DNA of 64,000 bases from Escherichia coli O127:H6 str. E2348/69 (GTDB taxonomy: Bacteria > Pseudomonadota > Gammaproteobacteria > Enterobacterales > Enterobacteriaceae), in assembly GCF_000026545.1 (NCBI RefSeq), contig NC_011601.1; one strand, given 5' to 3'. A program made the translations under genes and the position numbers. The number at the start of each line of letters is the position of its first letter. Position 1 is the stretch's first letter. Below are positions 1 to 12,894 of this stretch, one piece after another. The notes beneath the pieces are model-generated. The model was not told the DNA's origin, did no database searches, and saw only the letters and a list, made by a program, of their open reading frames with translations.

Positions 1-159
1 CGAAAAACTACCGCGCACTGTCTCAGGTAAAATACAAAAGTTTTTGTTAAGGAAAGATATTATGCGGCGATTAACTCAGGATGTCTGTGAAGAGATTGAA
101 TAAGTTTCATCTTCGGGGATCACATAAACCCGGCGACAAAACGCCGCCGGGTATTTATT

Positions 160-2538
160 TTATTTCTTCAGTTCAGCCAGGCTTAACCAGGTTTGCACCA
201 CGGTGTCCGGGTTCAGAGACAGGCTATCGATCCCCTCTTCCATCAACCATGCAGCAAAGTCTTCGTGGTCGGATGGACCCTGACCGCAAATCCCGACATA
301 TTTGCCCTGTTTCTTCGCGGCACGAATCGCCATCGACAGCAGTGCTTTCACCGCATCGTTGCGCTCATCGAACAGTTCAGACACCACGCCGGAGTCACGA
401 TCCAGACCGAGCGCCAGCTGCGTCATGTCGTTTGAGCCAATTGAGAAGCCGTCGAAATATTCCAGGAACTGCTCTGCCAGCAAGGCGTTGGACGGAATTT
501 CACACATCATGATGATTTTCAGCCCGTTCTCGCCACGTTTCAGCCCCTGACGCGCCAGTTCCTCAACCACCGCTTTCGCCTGATCAACGGTACGCACGAA
601 CGGGATCATGATCTCAACGTTAGTCAGCCCCATGTCGTTGCGCACACGTTTCACTGCTTCACACTCCAGCGCGAAGCAGTCGCGGAAGCTGTCGGAAACA
701 TAGCGGCCCGCGCCACGGAAGCCGAGCATCGGGTTCTCTTCATCTGGCTCGTAACGCTCACCACCGACCAGATTGGCATATTCGTTCGATTTAAAATCAG
801 AGAGACGGACAATGACGCGCTTCGGATAAAACGCGGCACCCAGCGTCGCGATCCCTTCAGTCAAACGCCCAACGTAAAATTCACGCGGAGAATCAAAACC
901 TTTCATCATCTCGCGGATTTCGTTTTGCAACTGCGGTTCCTGATCGTCAAACTCAAGCAGTGCGCGTGGGTGGACGCCAATCATACGGTTGATGATAAAT
1001 TCCAGACGCGCAAGGCCCACGCCTTCGTTCGGCAGGCAGGCGAAGTCGAAAGCACGGTCCGGATTACCGACGTTCATCATCACCTTCAACGGCAGGTCCG
1101 GCATCGTTTCTACGCTGGAGCTTTTCACGCTAAATTCCAGCAACTCCGCATAGACGTAACCGGTATCACCTTCGGCACAAGAAACAGTGACGTTCTCGCC
1201 GTCTTTCATCCGTTCTGTTGCATCACCACAGCCCACTACCGCCGGAATGCCGAGTTCACGAGCGATGATCGCCGCGTGACAGGTACGACCGCCACGATTG
1301 GTGACGATGGCAGATGCTTTCTTCATGATCGGTTCCCAGTCCGGGTCGGTCATGTCAGTAACCAGCACGTCGCCAGGTTCGATGCGGTTCATTTCGCTGA
1401 TGTCATGGATGACTTTCACCGGACCCGCGCCGATGCGATGACCGATAGCACGGCCTTCGGCGATAATCTTACCCTGTGAATGCAGCGTATAACGCTCCAT
1501 GACCTGACCGCGTGAGCGCACGGTTTCCGGACGCGCCTGCACAATGAACAGTTTGCCGGTGTGGCCATCTTTCGCCCACTCAATATCCATCGGGCGACCG
1601 TAGTGTTTCTCAATTTGTACGGCCTGTTTTGCCAGTTCCTGCACTTCTTCGTTGGTCAGCGAGAAGATGTCACGCTGTTCCTGCGGTACGTCTTCGATTT
1701 TAACCTGCTTGCCGTGCTCCTGGGTCGGCGCGTAAACCATGCGGATTTTTTTCGACCCCATGGTGCGGCGCACGATAGCCGGGCGATTCGCCGCAAGTGT
1801 CGGTTTATGCACATAAAACTCATCCGGGTTAACCGCACCCTGCACGACCATTTCACCAAGGCCCCATGCGGAAGTGATAAACACCACCTGGTCAAAGCCG
1901 GATTCGGTATCAATGGAGAACATCACGCCAGAAGATGCGAGGTCGGAGCGCACCATCCGCTGAACACCGGCGGAGAGCGCTACGCCACGATGGTCGTAAC
2001 CCTGGTGCACACGATAAGAGATGGCGCGATCGTTAAACAGAGAAGCAAATACATGCTTCACTGCCACGAGAACGGCGTCAAAACCCTGAACGTTGAGGAA
2101 AGTTTCCTGCTGACCGGCAAAAGAAGCGTCCGGCATATCTTCTGCAGTAGCGGAGGAACGCACCGCAAACGAAGCGTTTTCGTCATCGGCGGAAAGCTGT
2201 GCATAGGCTTCGCGGATGGCGTTTTCCAGCTCAGGCTGGAAGGGAGTGTCGATAATCCACTGGCGGATTTGCGCGCCCGCTTTCGCAAGCTGGGTAACAT
2301 CGTCAATATCCGTTTTATCCAGCAGTTCATAAATGCGCTGGTTTACGCCGCTTTGGTCCAGAAACTGGTTAAACGCGTCGGCGGTTGTGGCGAAACCATT
2401 CGGAACGGAAACACCCATTCCGGAAAGGTTAGTAATCATTTCACCCAGGGAGGCATTTTTGCCCCCAACCCTGTCTACATCATTCATGCCGAGTTGGTTA
2501 TACCAAAGCACCAGCGGTGACGAGCCATTGTTGGACAT
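160..2538 (-). CDS. ppsA: phosphoenolpyruvate synthase
   Basis: 792-aa ORF; translation recognised as PpsA from N-terminus ([34 protein letters not shown]) through the PEP-utilising enzyme domains. Confidence 0.95.
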   Translation of the reverse strand: MSNNGSSPLVLWYNQLGMNDVDRVGGKNASLGEMITNLSGMGVSVPNGFATTADAFNQFLDQSGVNQRIYELLDKTDIDDVTQLAKAGAQIRQWIIDTPFQPELENAIREAYAQLSADDENASFAVRSSATAEDMPDASFAGQQETFLNVQGFDAVLVAVKHVFASLFNDRAISYRVHQGYDHRGVALSAGVQRMVRSDLASSGVMFSIDTESGFDQVVFITSAWGLGEMVVQGAVNPDEFYVHKPTLAANRPAIVRRTMGSKKIRMVYAPTQEHGKQVKIEDVPQEQRDIFSLTNEEVQELAKQAVQIEKHYGRPMDIEWAKDGHTGKLFIVQARPETVRSRGQVMERYTLHSQGKIIAEGRAIGHRIGAGPVKVIHDISEMNRIEPGDVLVTDMTDPDWEPIMKKASAIVTNRGGRTCHAAIIARELGIPAVVGCGDATERMKDGENVTVSCAEGDTGYVYAELLEFSVKSSSVETMPDLPLKVMMNVGNPDRAFDFACLPNEGVGLARLEFIINRMIGVHPRALLEFDDQEPQLQNEIREMMKGFDSPREFYVGRLTEGIATLGAAFYPKRVIVRLSDFKSNEYANLVGGERYEPDEENPMLGFRGAGRYVSDSFRDCFALECEAVKRVRNDMGLTNVEIMIPFVRTVDQAKAVVEELARQGLKRGENGLKIIMMCEIPSNALLAEQFLEYFDGFSIGSNDMTQLALGLDRDSGVVSELFDERNDAVKALLSMAIRAAKKQGKYVGICGQGPSDHEDFAAWLMEEGIDSLSLNPDTVVQTWLSLAELKK

Positions 2539-2870
2539 CGAACAATCCTTTTGTGATAAATGAACGGTTTGAGAAACACATTTCTGCGCATTTATCTTTG
2601 CATATTTAACCGGATGAAAAAAACGGTGAATCGTTCAAGCAAATATATTTTTTTACTTTTTAAGACTGATCCCAGCGTTGCGCAAATCTGCTCTCTTCGA
2701 CAATTTCCACATAAACCATCGGTATAAACGAAACCATAAAAATGAAATACTGTTTTCATAAAAAATAAAATTTAAGTTTCATTTTATAAACCAGACATAA
2801 CGTTCTACGCTTCTGTGCGTTTTTAATTTATGCTTTCATAGAATTATGTCTGCATCACGGGAAGAACAAA

Positions 2871-3704
2871 ATGGATAATGCTGTTGATCGCCACGTTTTT
2901 TATATTTCTGATGGTACGGCAATAACTGCGGAGGTATTAGGACACGCAGTAATGTCACAATTTCCCGTCACTATCAGCAGCATTACGCTGCCGTTTGTCG
3001 AAAATGAGAGCCGTGCACGGGCAGTGAAGGATCAGATTGACGCAATTTATCACCAGACAGGTGTGCGCCCGCTGGTCTTCTACTCCATCGTGTTGCCGGA
3101 GATTCGCGCTATCATCTTGCAAAGTGAAGGCTTTTGCCAGGATATCGTTCAGGCGCTGGTTGCCCCGCTACAACAAGAGATGAAACTGGATCCAACGCCG
3201 ATTGCTCATCGTACCCATGGCCTTAACCCTAATAATCTCAATAAATATGATGCGCGCATTGCGGCGATTGATTACACCCTTGCCCACGATGACGGTATTT
3301 CGTTGCGCAATCTGGACCAGGCTCAGGTGATCCTGCTCGGTGTTTCTCGCTGTGGTAAAACCCCCACCAGTCTGTATCTGGCAATGCAATTTGGTATCCG
3401 CGCGGCAAATTACCCCTTTATTGCCGACGATATGGATAATCTGGTGCTACCCGCGTCGCTCAAACCGCTTCAGCACAAATTGTTCGGCCTGACTATCGAC
3501 CCGGAACGTCTGGCGGCGATTCGCGAGGAACGTCGGGAGAACAGTCGCTATGCCTCGCTTCGTCAGTGCAGGATGGAAGTCGCGGAAGTGGAAGCGTTGT
3601 ACCGTAAAAATCAGATCCCGTGGATTAACAGTACCAATTATTCGGTAGAAGAGATTGCCACCAAGATCCTCGATATCATGGGCCTTAGCCGCCGAATGTA
3701 CTAG
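2871..3704 (+). CDS. ppsR: PEP synthase regulatory protein (bifunctional kinase/pyrophosphorylase)
   Basis: 277-aa ORF divergent from ppsA; P-loop GVSRCGKT; matches YdiA/PpsR length and sequence. Confidence 0.9.
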
Positions 3705-3860
3705 AGAACTAGTGCATTGGCTTGTTTTTTTGTTATCATGCTAACCACCCGGCGAGGTGTGACACACCTCGCACTTGAAATCAGCTGCGATTGGTTTATC
3801 GTGATGCGCATCACTTCCCGGTAGTCCTGCCGTAGAAGCAACAAATTTCTGAGACTTGTA

Positions 3861-4907
3861 ATGAACAGAACTGACGAACTCCGTACTGCGCGTATTGAGA
3901 GCCTGGTAACGCCCGCCGAACTCGCGCTACGGTATCCCGTAACGCCTGGCGTCGCCCCCCATGTCACCGACTCCCGCCGTAGAATTGAAAAAATACTGAA
4001 TGGTGAAGATAAGCGACTGTTGGTCATTATTGGCCCCTGCTCGATCCACGATCTCACCGCTGCGATGGAGTACGCCACCCGTCTGCAGTCGCTACGCAAC
4101 CAGTACCAGCCACGGCTGGAAATCGTAATGCGCACCTATTTTGAAAAACCACGAACGGTTGTCGGCTGGAAAGGACTCATCTCCGATCCAGATTTAAACG
4201 GTAGCTATCGGGTAAATCACGGTCTGGAGCTGGCGCGCAAATTACTTTTACAGGTAAATGAGCTGGGCGTCCCTACCGCGACTGAGTTCCTCGATATGGT
4301 GACCGGTCAGTTTATTGCTGATTTAATCAGTTGGGGCGCGATTGGCGCACGTACTACCGAAAGTCAGATCCACCGCGAAATGGCTTCGGCACTCTCCTGT
4401 CCGGTGGGTTTTAAAAATGGTACCGATGGCAACACGCGGATTGCCGTGGATGCTATCCGCGCAGCCCGCGCCAGCCATATGTTCCTCTCGCCAGACAAAA
4501 ATGGTCAGATGACCATCTATCAGACCAGCGGCAACCCGTATGGCCACATTATTATGCGTGGTGGCAAAAAACCGAATTATCATGCCGATGATATCGCCGC
4601 AGCCTGCGATACGCTGCACGAGTTTGATTTACCTGAACATCTGGTGGTGGATTTCAGCCACGGTAACTGCCAGAAGCAGCACCGTCGCCAGTTAGAAGTT
4701 TGTGAGGATATTTGTCAGCAAATCCGCAATGGTTCTACGGCGATTGCTGGAATTATGGCGGAAAGTTTCCTGCGCGAAGGAACGCAAAAAATCGTCGGCG
4801 GTCAGCCGCTCACTTACGGTCAATCCATTACCGACCCGTGTCTGGGCTGGGAAGATACCGAACGCCTGGTCGAAAAACTCGCCTCTGCGGTAGATACTCG
4901 CTTCTGA
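3861..4907 (+). CDS. aroH: Trp-sensitive DAHP synthase
   Basis: 348-aa ORF; class I DAHP synthase sequence (IGPCSIHD, KPRT motifs); position after ppsR as in E. coli. Confidence 0.93.
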   Translation: MNRTDELRTARIESLVTPAELALRYPVTPGVAPHVTDSRRRIEKILNGEDKRLLVIIGPCSIHDLTAAMEYATRLQSLRNQYQPRLEIVMRTYFEKPRTVVGWKGLISDPDLNGSYRVNHGLELARKLLLQVNELGVPTATEFLDMVTGQFIADLISWGAIGARTTESQIHREMASALSCPVGFKNGTDGNTRIAVDAIRAARASHMFLSPDKNGQMTIYQTSGNPYGHIIMRGGKKPNYHADDIAAACDTLHEFDLPEHLVVDFSHGNCQKQHRRQLEVCEDICQQIRNGSTAIAGIMAESFLREGTQKIVGGQPLTYGQSITDPCLGWEDTERLVEKLASAVDTRF

Positions 4908-5038
4908 ATGCGTGCCCATTCCTGACGGGATGGGCATTTCTGCGCAACTTGTTGTCTTCTCAACAAATTACTACTTGCTCTGGCTCGCCATAATATTGAT
5001 AATAAGAATCATTGTTATATAAATTATTATTAATTTTT

Positions 5039-5230
5039 ATGCGTTATACGGATAGCAGAAAACTCACGCCTGAAACGGATGCCAATCACAAGACCGCTTC
5101 CCCGCAGCCCATCCGGCGAATTACCAGCCAGACACTGTTAGGTCCGGATGGCAAACTGATTATCGATCATGACGGGCAAGAATATCTGCTCCGTAAAACT
5201 CAGGCTGGCAAGCTGCTGTTGACCAAGTAG
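5039..5230 (+). CDS. ydiE: HemP-like small protein
   Basis: 63-aa product starting [14 protein letters not shown] inside the listed 5012..5230 ORF; matches E. coli YdiE. Confidence 0.75.
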   Translation: MRYTDSRKLTPETDANHKTASPQPIRRITSQTLLGPDGKLIIDHDGQEYLLRKTQAGKLLLTK

Positions 5231-5233
5231 CCT

Positions 5234-6709
<1,476 letters not shown>

Positions 6710-6732
6710 CTAAACACCAGCAAACAGGAGGG

Positions 6733-7446
6733 TTATCGCTGAACTAACGTCGTTATCTGATTTATAGGAACCGCAGGCCACAGGCATCCCTGGAGAGCAT
6801 GGAAATCAAAGGGGATAATCTGTGCCAATATTTCTGGCGTATCAATGCCCCCCGCGATGATGCAATTGCAACAAGGGGAAATTTGCGCCTGGATCGCACG
6901 AATAAACGGTTCGAAGGAACGATGCGTGATTTGTTGCTGAATAAAACTTTTATCCAGCATGACGCGGGTGAAAAGACCATCAAAAACCGCTTTCATTGTG
7001 CTATTACCTGCTCCCAAATTACCTAACACAAGGGGATACATTTGCGATAAGGATAAAAGATCGCGATTATCTTTTCCTTCATTGAAATGCGGGTAATTCT
7101 CATTAATCAACAGTTCAATAAACGGATATTTTAATAGTTCGCCTGCGAAATTATCCCTGTCTAATAATAATGTAGCCACGTGTGGCGTTAAATTAAGCCA
7201 GGCAAAGAGTTTATGTTGAATAAAAAAGTGTTGGCATGATTTTAGTAATTCCAACTGCTCTGAAAATAATTGCCAATGTTGCTCCTCGGTAAGTTGCGCT
7301 ATAACCCGACTCGTCGGGATACGAACCGTACCATCTTCACTGGAGAAATGGGTAATTAACTCAACGCCGACAAGGTCTTGCTGGTTATCTCTTATCGGCA
7401 GGAAATAGCAATCAGAATGATAAAGATTCTCCAAAAAAATCTTCAT
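6733..7446 (-). CDS. ydiV: anti-FlhDC factor, degenerate EAL-domain protein
   Basis: 237-aa ORF; AT-rich; matches YdiV. Confidence 0.85.
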   Translation of the reverse strand: MKIFLENLYHSDCYFLPIRDNQQDLVGVELITHFSSEDGTVRIPTSRVIAQLTEEQHWQLFSEQLELLKSCQHFFIQHKLFAWLNLTPHVATLLLDRDNFAGELLKYPFIELLINENYPHFNEGKDNRDLLSLSQMYPLVLGNLGAGNSTMKAVFDGLFTRVMLDKSFIQQQITHRSFEPFIRAIQAQISPCCNCIIAGGIDTPEILAQIIPFDFHALQGCLWPAVPINQITTLVQR

Positions 7447-7692
7447 GGTAACCGTCCCTCTCGAAGGATGTTTTTCAGTATCCGGCTAAAAGGGATGAGG
7501 CCATAAGACATAACAATTACAGAAGGAGTAACTTTCATTTGTTCCATGTTAACCACTTTTTCAGGGGTCCTTTTTTTAGATTATCCTGATTATAAACGAA
7601 GAATCCATTTACGGAATTTTTGTCTGCAAAATACTACTGTATTCAGGAGTAAATGGACGGCGATGTATCATCGCCGTCCATTTTTCGACATA

Positions 7693-8157
7693 CTAGATTC
7701 GTCTCGCCTGCCAGAAATTTTTCTGCCAATAGACATTATCAAGTGAGGAACGCATCACTCCCTTGCTGGTAGAGGCGTGGATAAATTGGTTGTTGGTATC
7801 GTAAATACCTACATGCAAACCATTTTGTCCGGAACCCGTTTTGAAAAAGACCAGGTCACCTGGCAGCAACTCGTCTTTATCAATTTGCGTGCCAATAGCG
7901 GCTTGTTGTTTGGTTTCACGGGGCAGCTGCAAATCGAAACGATCACGCATCGTCACAACCACAAATCCCGAACAGTCCACACCGCGCCGCGTCATGCCAC
8001 CATAACGATACGGCGTGCCATGCCAGCTTTGTAGCTGGTCGTTCAAACCGGCAATAACGGTGATCGAATCAGAAAGTCTGGCATTTGGCGGCGGTGCTTT
8101 ATGGTGGCTACACCCGGCCAGAAACAGTGCTGTGATCAAAATAAGGCAGAAACGCAT
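7693..8157 (-). CDS. nlpC: NlpC/P60 family lipoprotein endopeptidase
   Basis: 154-aa ORF; lipobox LFLAGC at N-terminus; NlpC/P60 Cys-His core (DCSGF ... H). Confidence 0.85.
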   Translation of the reverse strand: MRFCLILITALFLAGCSHHKAPPPNARLSDSITVIAGLNDQLQSWHGTPYRYGGMTRRGVDCSGFVVVTMRDRFDLQLPRETKQQAAIGTQIDKDELLPGDLVFFKTGSGQNGLHVGIYDTNNQFIHASTSKGVMRSSLDNVYWQKNFWQARRI

Positions 8158-8234
8158 TCCGTACGGTTCCTCTGTTTTTTATTCTTGCATTAATTTAGCG
8201 TCGTAATTACCCGATTTTCAAGATACTAATGAAA

Positions 8235-8984
8235 TCAGATGGTCGAAATCAGCATTCTGTGACCTTCGATATCCAGACGGCGAAAATTCATCCCATAGGC
8301 CTGCGCCAGATTTGCCGGCGTGAGCACCTCTTCTCTGCGTCCACTGGCCAGCATTTTTCCACCTTTTAGCAACCACGCCCGATGCGCATGACGCAATGTG
8401 TGGTTGAGATCGTGACTGCTCATCACAATCGCCAGTCCTTGCTGACACAGCGCGCTCAGAATTTTGTCTAAGGCGCTTTGTTGCGCAACATCAAGACTGT
8501 TCATCGGCTCATCAAGAAGCAGCAATTGGCCTGCGGGATTGGCTTGTGGTGTGATTTGCAGCACCACCGCAGCAAGACGTACGCGTTGCCATTCACCGCC
8601 GGAAAGTTGATTGGTGCTACGTCCGAGTTTGTCATCAAGAGCCAGCGCCCCTGCGACATCATTCAGTAGTTCGGTACGCGTTTTATCGTGCTGATGCAGT
8701 GTCAGGTAGTGCCAGACCGGCATTGCAAACGGCGGCGTCTGCTGTTGTGAAAGATAGGCGCGATGCAGCGCGAGCTTTGTTGCAGACCATGCTTCCAGTG
8801 GTTGCCCCGCGAACTGAATGCTTCCCTTACCGCTGGTCATTCCGGCCATTCGCGCCAGTAAGGTACTCTTACCCGCGCCATTCGGCCCCACCAGGTGCAG
8901 GATCTCCCCAGCCCGAACCTCGCCAGAAAGCGGCCCCAGGCGGGTAGATTCCGCAACATCCTGTAACTGCATCACAATAGACAT
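8235..8984 (-). CDS. btuD: vitamin B12 ABC transporter ATP-binding protein
   Basis: 249-aa ORF; Walker [13 protein letters not shown] signature LSGGEWQR, Walker B LLLDEP. Confidence 0.92.
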
Positions 8985-9535
8985 TATTTTGCCAACGCCA
9001 GTTTAATGCTTTCCATCACAATGGGATCTTCCGGCGTCATATCCGGGGAAAAACGCTGGATGACCTTTCCGTCCCTGCCAACTAAAAATTTCTCAAAATT
9101 CCATAAAATATCATCAGGGTACAGCGGTGCACGACCTTTGCTGACCATTCGGGCATAGAATCCGCTCTCTTCCGGCGCGACTGCAGTCGGCGCTGCGGCA
9201 ATCAATTTTTGATACAGCGGATGACGTCCTTCGCCATTAACTTCAATCTTACTGAACATCGGGAACGTCACCCCCCATGTGGTGGTGCAATAAGTTTTAA
9301 TCTCTTCATCGCTACCCGGTTCTTGCTCCAGAAACTGGTTACACGGGAATCCCAGCACCACAAAACCACGATCAGCCCAAGCTTTCTGAATATTCTCCAA
9401 CTGCTCATATTGCGGCGTTAAGCCACACTTTGAGGCGACATTGACAATCAACAGCACATTACCGGCGTACTTCTCTAGCGTGGTCACTTCACCGTCGATA
9501 TCTTTCACTACGGTCGTCAGAATGGAATCTTGCAT
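8984..9535 (-). CDS. btuE: glutathione peroxidase-like protein
   Basis: 183-aa ORF; GPx family motifs ([18 protein letters not shown]). Confidence 0.9.
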
Positions 9536-9596
9536 CGTTTCTCCTGGGTGTGGTCAGTAAAAATCTTAGCTTTTAATCATAGACCGTCTTTTGCGG

Positions 9597-10577
9597 CTAA
9601 CGTCCTGCTTTTAACAATAACCAGATAAACACCGGCGCACCCAACGTTGCGGTGACCACGCCAATTGGCAGCTCTGCGGCAGCTAATGCCAGGCGCGCTA
9701 CAATATCGGCCAGCAGCAATGCGCTCGCCCCTGCCAGCGCGCAGCCGGGAAGTAATACGCGATGATCGGTTAAACCACACAGCCGGAGAATATGTGGGAT
9801 CACCAGACCAATAAAGCCGATAGCACCCGCCAGCGCCACACTGACGCCAACCATCCAGCCGGTCGCTGCCACCAGCACATTGCGCCAGAACCACAGGGGT
9901 AAACCCAGTTGCCGCGCCGAGATCTCGCCAAGTGCTAATATATTCATCGGCCTGGACTGACAACAGATCCACAACAACACGGGGATCAATGCCAGCATCA
10001 GCCAGCTTTGCCGCCAGTCTACGCCGCCAAAACCGCCCATCATCCAGTACATCAGCTGACGTAAATCAACAGAGGTGGAAAAGTAGATAGCCCACGTCAT
10101 TAGTGCGCTACAGATAATCCCTAATGCAACGCCAGCCAGCAATAACCGACTGGTCGAAAGATGACGACGGGCGAAACGTAAGAGTATTAAAGTGATGATA
10201 AGTGCGCCTGCAATCGCACACAGCCCTAGCGCCCAGTTGGGGAGTTGCCCTTGCCCAAGCAATACCGCGGCGATAAGCCCCACGCCTGCGCCGTTAGAGA
10301 CGCCAAGTAGTCCAGGTTCTGCCAGAGGATTTTCAAACAACGCCTGCATTACAGCGCCGGATATAGCCAGCGCCGCACCAACCAGCAATACAGCCAGCGT
10401 ACGTGGCAGGCGAATTTGCCAGACGAACAGTTCGCCACGAGGAGAAAACCAGTCACCTGGCAAAATCCATAGTTCACCGGCGCAAAGGCTTAAGAGAAGC
10501 GCCAGTAGCATCAAAACTGACAAGCATAATAACCAGCGAATATTTTGTCGCTGTTGTTGGCGGGCAAGTGTCAGCAT
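9597..10577 (-). CDS. btuC: vitamin B12 ABC transporter permease
   Basis: 326-aa polytopic membrane ORF; FecCD-type permease; operon with btuE and btuD. Confidence 0.9.
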   Translation of the reverse strand: MLTLARQQQRQNIRWLLCLSVLMLLALLLSLCAGELWILPGDWFSPRGELFVWQIRLPRTLAVLLVGAALAISGAVMQALFENPLAEPGLLGVSNGAGVGLIAAVLLGQGQLPNWALGLCAIAGALIITLILLRFARRHLSTSRLLLAGVALGIICSALMTWAIYFSTSVDLRQLMYWMMGGFGGVDWRQSWLMLALIPVLLWICCQSRPMNILALGEISARQLGLPLWFWRNVLVAATGWMVGVSVALAGAIGFIGLVIPHILRLCGLTDHRVLLPGCALAGASALLLADIVARLALAAAELPIGVVTATLGAPVFIWLLLKAGR

Positions 10578-10635
10578 GGTATCCGTTCTGCTGAAGTGTC
10601 ATGGCGTTGATTTTACGGTGACTCTTCGACAGTGA

Positions 10636-10660
10636 AAAGAAAAAAGGCCGCAGAGCGGCC
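10636..10660. repeat. attL core (direct repeat aaagaaaaaaggccgcagagcggcc)
   Basis: Identical 25-mer found again at 47095..47119; the hairpin ggccgcagagcggcc is the ihfA terminator stem. Confidence 0.85.
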
Positions 10661-10766
10661 ATAAACACAAACAAAAATCAATAAGTTAGATAATTATCAA
10701 AGACTTACAGACACACAAAAACACAGCCAACCACAACAAATAACAGGGATGTGGTCACTTTGTGGA

Positions 10767-11183
10767 TCATTCGCTCCCCTCTTTTTCCTTATTTCGTTGA
10801 ACGCCAATTGCGACACACGTACTAAGCAAATCTTTACATTTCTCTACATCTTCAGACTTACGCAATTTGATGCTTTTTACAGACTGCGGGCTACTGTCCG
10901 TAGCACGATACATCGTTATTTCAATATCATTTCGGTCTAAGAGTCCCATAATGGCTTTTGCAACCTCCACACCCTTCTTCGCGAAATCAAAGAACAGAGC
11001 AAGTTTATATGGATTTTCGACGGAAAAAACTTCAATTTTGCTAAAACCAACATCGTGTAGAGAAAAATATTGCTCAACCTCATCTCGAAGTTCTGGATCG
11101 CATACAATGTCTATTCTCCAGTACTGACCTAAATGCAAATCGCTATTAACTGTTTTTTCCACAACATCCTCCTTACCCAGCAA
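10767..11183 (-). CDS. hypothetical protein (cargo gene downstream of int, abutting attL)
   Basis: 138-aa ORF overlapping the int stop by 11 nt; acidic, no recognisable motif; no P2 counterpart at this position. Confidence 0.5.
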   Translation of the reverse strand: MLGKEDVVEKTVNSDLHLGQYWRIDIVCDPELRDEVEQYFSLHDVGFSKIEVFSVENPYKLALFFDFAKKGVEVAKAIMGLLDRNDIEITMYRATDSSPQSVKSIKLRKSEDVEKCKDLLSTCVAIGVQRNKEKEGSE

Positions 11184-12147
11184 TAGGATTAAATCTCACC
11201 GCATCCTGCAAGTAATCCGGCGCAAGATGGGCATAAATCATCGTTGTCTGAATCTTTGCGTGCCCCAGAATTTTCTGGAGCGTCAGAATATTGCCGCCGT
11301 TCATCATGAAATGACTGGCGAAGGTGTGGCGCAGCGCATGAACAGCCTGGCCGTCAGGAACATCAGGTGCGACCGTTTTGATGACATCGCGAACCAATGG
11401 ATAATCCAGCGTCGGAAACACCAGTTTCCCGCCCCGTTTTTTGATCTTTTCAAACAGGCTTTCAGAAATAGGAACGGTACGGTTTTTGCTGTTCTTCGTT
11501 TTTGAAAAAGTGATTCGACAATGAAGAACACGGCGCTGCTCCAGTGCCGCTACCTCGCCCCATCGCGCCCCGGTCGACAGAAGGATTTCGACAGCCAGCC
11601 GTTCATCGGGATTTTCAGCCAGTGCATCCAGCAACTGAACACATTCAGACTTACTCAGATATCCCATTTCGCGCTCGTTAACCTTCATTCCTTTAAGGCC
11701 TTGAACGGGGTTATCGTTAAGAAAATGGCCGGATGAGATGAGTGCGGTAAACATCGCGCTTAACGCCCCAATCTCTCGATTAATGGTGCTGGGCTGTATC
11801 CCCTGCTCTATCCTGGACACACGTAGCTCGGTGAGCATCGTTGTATTAAGTTTATGCACACACGGGTCATCCATTGCCTCACTCAAGCGCAGCAATTTAA
11901 GGCGCGTGTTATGCCCTGACTTCATTAGCTGGCCGTGGTATTTCCACCACAAGTCAATAAGCACCGACAGCGGACGGCGATCAATGGAGTTTCCTTTCCA
12001 CTCATTGTTATGCTGTTGCGCCAGCACCCACCGCTCATATAAAACTGCATCCGATTTCGTTTTAAATTTTTTGCGAATGCGTTTGCCTTTACGCCCCTCA
12101 GGGCGCATGTCAAGAAGATACCCTCCCGGAATTGATTTTATGCTCAT
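11173..12147 (-). CDS. int: P2-type tyrosine integrase
   Basis: Product from MSIKSIPGGYLLDMRPEGRKGKRIRKKF closely parallels P2 Int; C-terminal HALRHTFASHFMMNGG ... LGHAKIQTTMIYAHL catalytic motifs; the listed ORF extends upstream to 12297 but the P2-like start is the internal Met. Confidence 0.9.
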   Translation of the reverse strand: MSIKSIPGGYLLDMRPEGRKGKRIRKKFKTKSDAVLYERWVLAQQHNNEWKGNSIDRRPLSVLIDLWWKYHGQLMKSGHNTRLKLLRLSEAMDDPCVHKLNTTMLTELRVSRIEQGIQPSTINREIGALSAMFTALISSGHFLNDNPVQGLKGMKVNEREMGYLSKSECVQLLDALAENPDERLAVEILLSTGARWGEVAALEQRRVLHCRITFSKTKNSKNRTVPISESLFEKIKKRGGKLVFPTLDYPLVRDVIKTVAPDVPDGQAVHALRHTFASHFMMNGGNILTLQKILGHAKIQTTMIYAHLAPDYLQDAVRFNPIAG

Positions 12148-12196
12148 TCGTGAAACCCCAGCGTTACAAGACCACCATGCCCCCAGCGTTCCATGA

Positions 12197-12505
12197 TTAA
12201 CCGGGCTGTGTACCAGTCTTGCGGGATTTTTGAGAAGACGATGTGTTTTCTGGCCCATCAGGGGAGAGAGAGGGACTGATCTGCCCAGCAGCCTCATTTG
12301 TTTTTCCCGTCATAAGCCAATTCATGTACTTAAAAAAGCGAGGGTGATTAACAATCTTGATAAGCACTTCGCCCCCTATGTTTTCAATCCGCCCCGTTTC
12401 ATAACGACGCAAAGTGCCGATAGGCACATCAATCAGGCCGCAAAATTCTTCGCGCGTTAAATCCTCTGATTCACGAATCACTCTAATTTTTTCACCGATA
12501 AGCAT
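12197..12505 (-). CDS. C: immunity repressor C (HTH)
   Basis: 102-aa ORF; HTH segment and C-terminal GQISPSL ... SSSQKSRKTG resemble P2 C; divergent from the early operon. Confidence 0.8.
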   Translation of the reverse strand: MLIGEKIRVIRESEDLTREEFCGLIDVPIGTLRRYETGRIENIGGEVLIKIVNHPRFFKYMNWLMTGKTNEAAGQISPSLSPDGPENTSSSQKSRKTGTQPG

Positions 12506-12601
12506 TGACAGTGTTCCTATAAGTACACTAAGCTTGCGCGCAAGGTGTACTTATAAGTACACCAAGTCACAAACAACCACAGATAGCGCAGGTTATCACA
12601 C
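12506..12601. promoter_or_regulatory. immunity switch region with direct-repeat operators (Pe/Pc)
   Basis: Two copies of tataagtacac(t/c)aag about 33 bp apart, beside a ttgaca -35-like hexamer, between divergent C and cox-like genes. Confidence 0.6.
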
Positions 12602-12880
12602 ATGGCAAAAGTCCTGAACACACACGAACAGGCAGACTTTGAGCGTTTAGCAGCGTTCTATCCCTACCGCGATGAGCATGGGTTACCAGTACTTGAAGAA
12701 AGCCTGAAAGATTACGCAAAGCGTACCAACCAAGCTGTTAACACAGTGAAAAGACAGGCTGACAGAGGTTCAATTCCCATCAACCAGGATGAAAAGAACT
12801 CAAGACGCACAGTAAATCTCTTCGCTCTTTTCCTGAAAACAATCAGGAGCGCAGAAAAATACGTGCAGATGACAAAATAA
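12602..12880 (+). CDS. putative Cox/Apl-type early regulator and excisionase (positional call)
   Basis: 92-aa first ORF of the rightward early operon; no confident sequence similarity to P2 Cox. Confidence 0.45.
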   Translation: MAKVLNTHEQADFERLAAFYPYRDEHGLPVLEESLKDYAKRTNQAVNTVKRQADRGSIPINQDEKNSRRTVNLFALFLKTIRSAEKYVQMTK

Positions 12881-12894
12881 CGAGGTGTCATTTT

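Noticed and set aside
81-1479. Plus-strand ORFs (81..512, 193..435, 302..550, 925..1479) overlapping ppsA
   Set aside because: They lie antisense to, or in alternate frames of, a well-supported 792-aa gene and have Arg/Ser-rich low-complexity translations typical of spurious frames.
12506-12601. Possible CRISPR array or IS inverted repeats from the short repeats here and at 17707..17808
   Set aside because: Only two copies each, with no regular repeat-spacer periodicity and no transposase; position fits phage operator and centromere-like sites instead.
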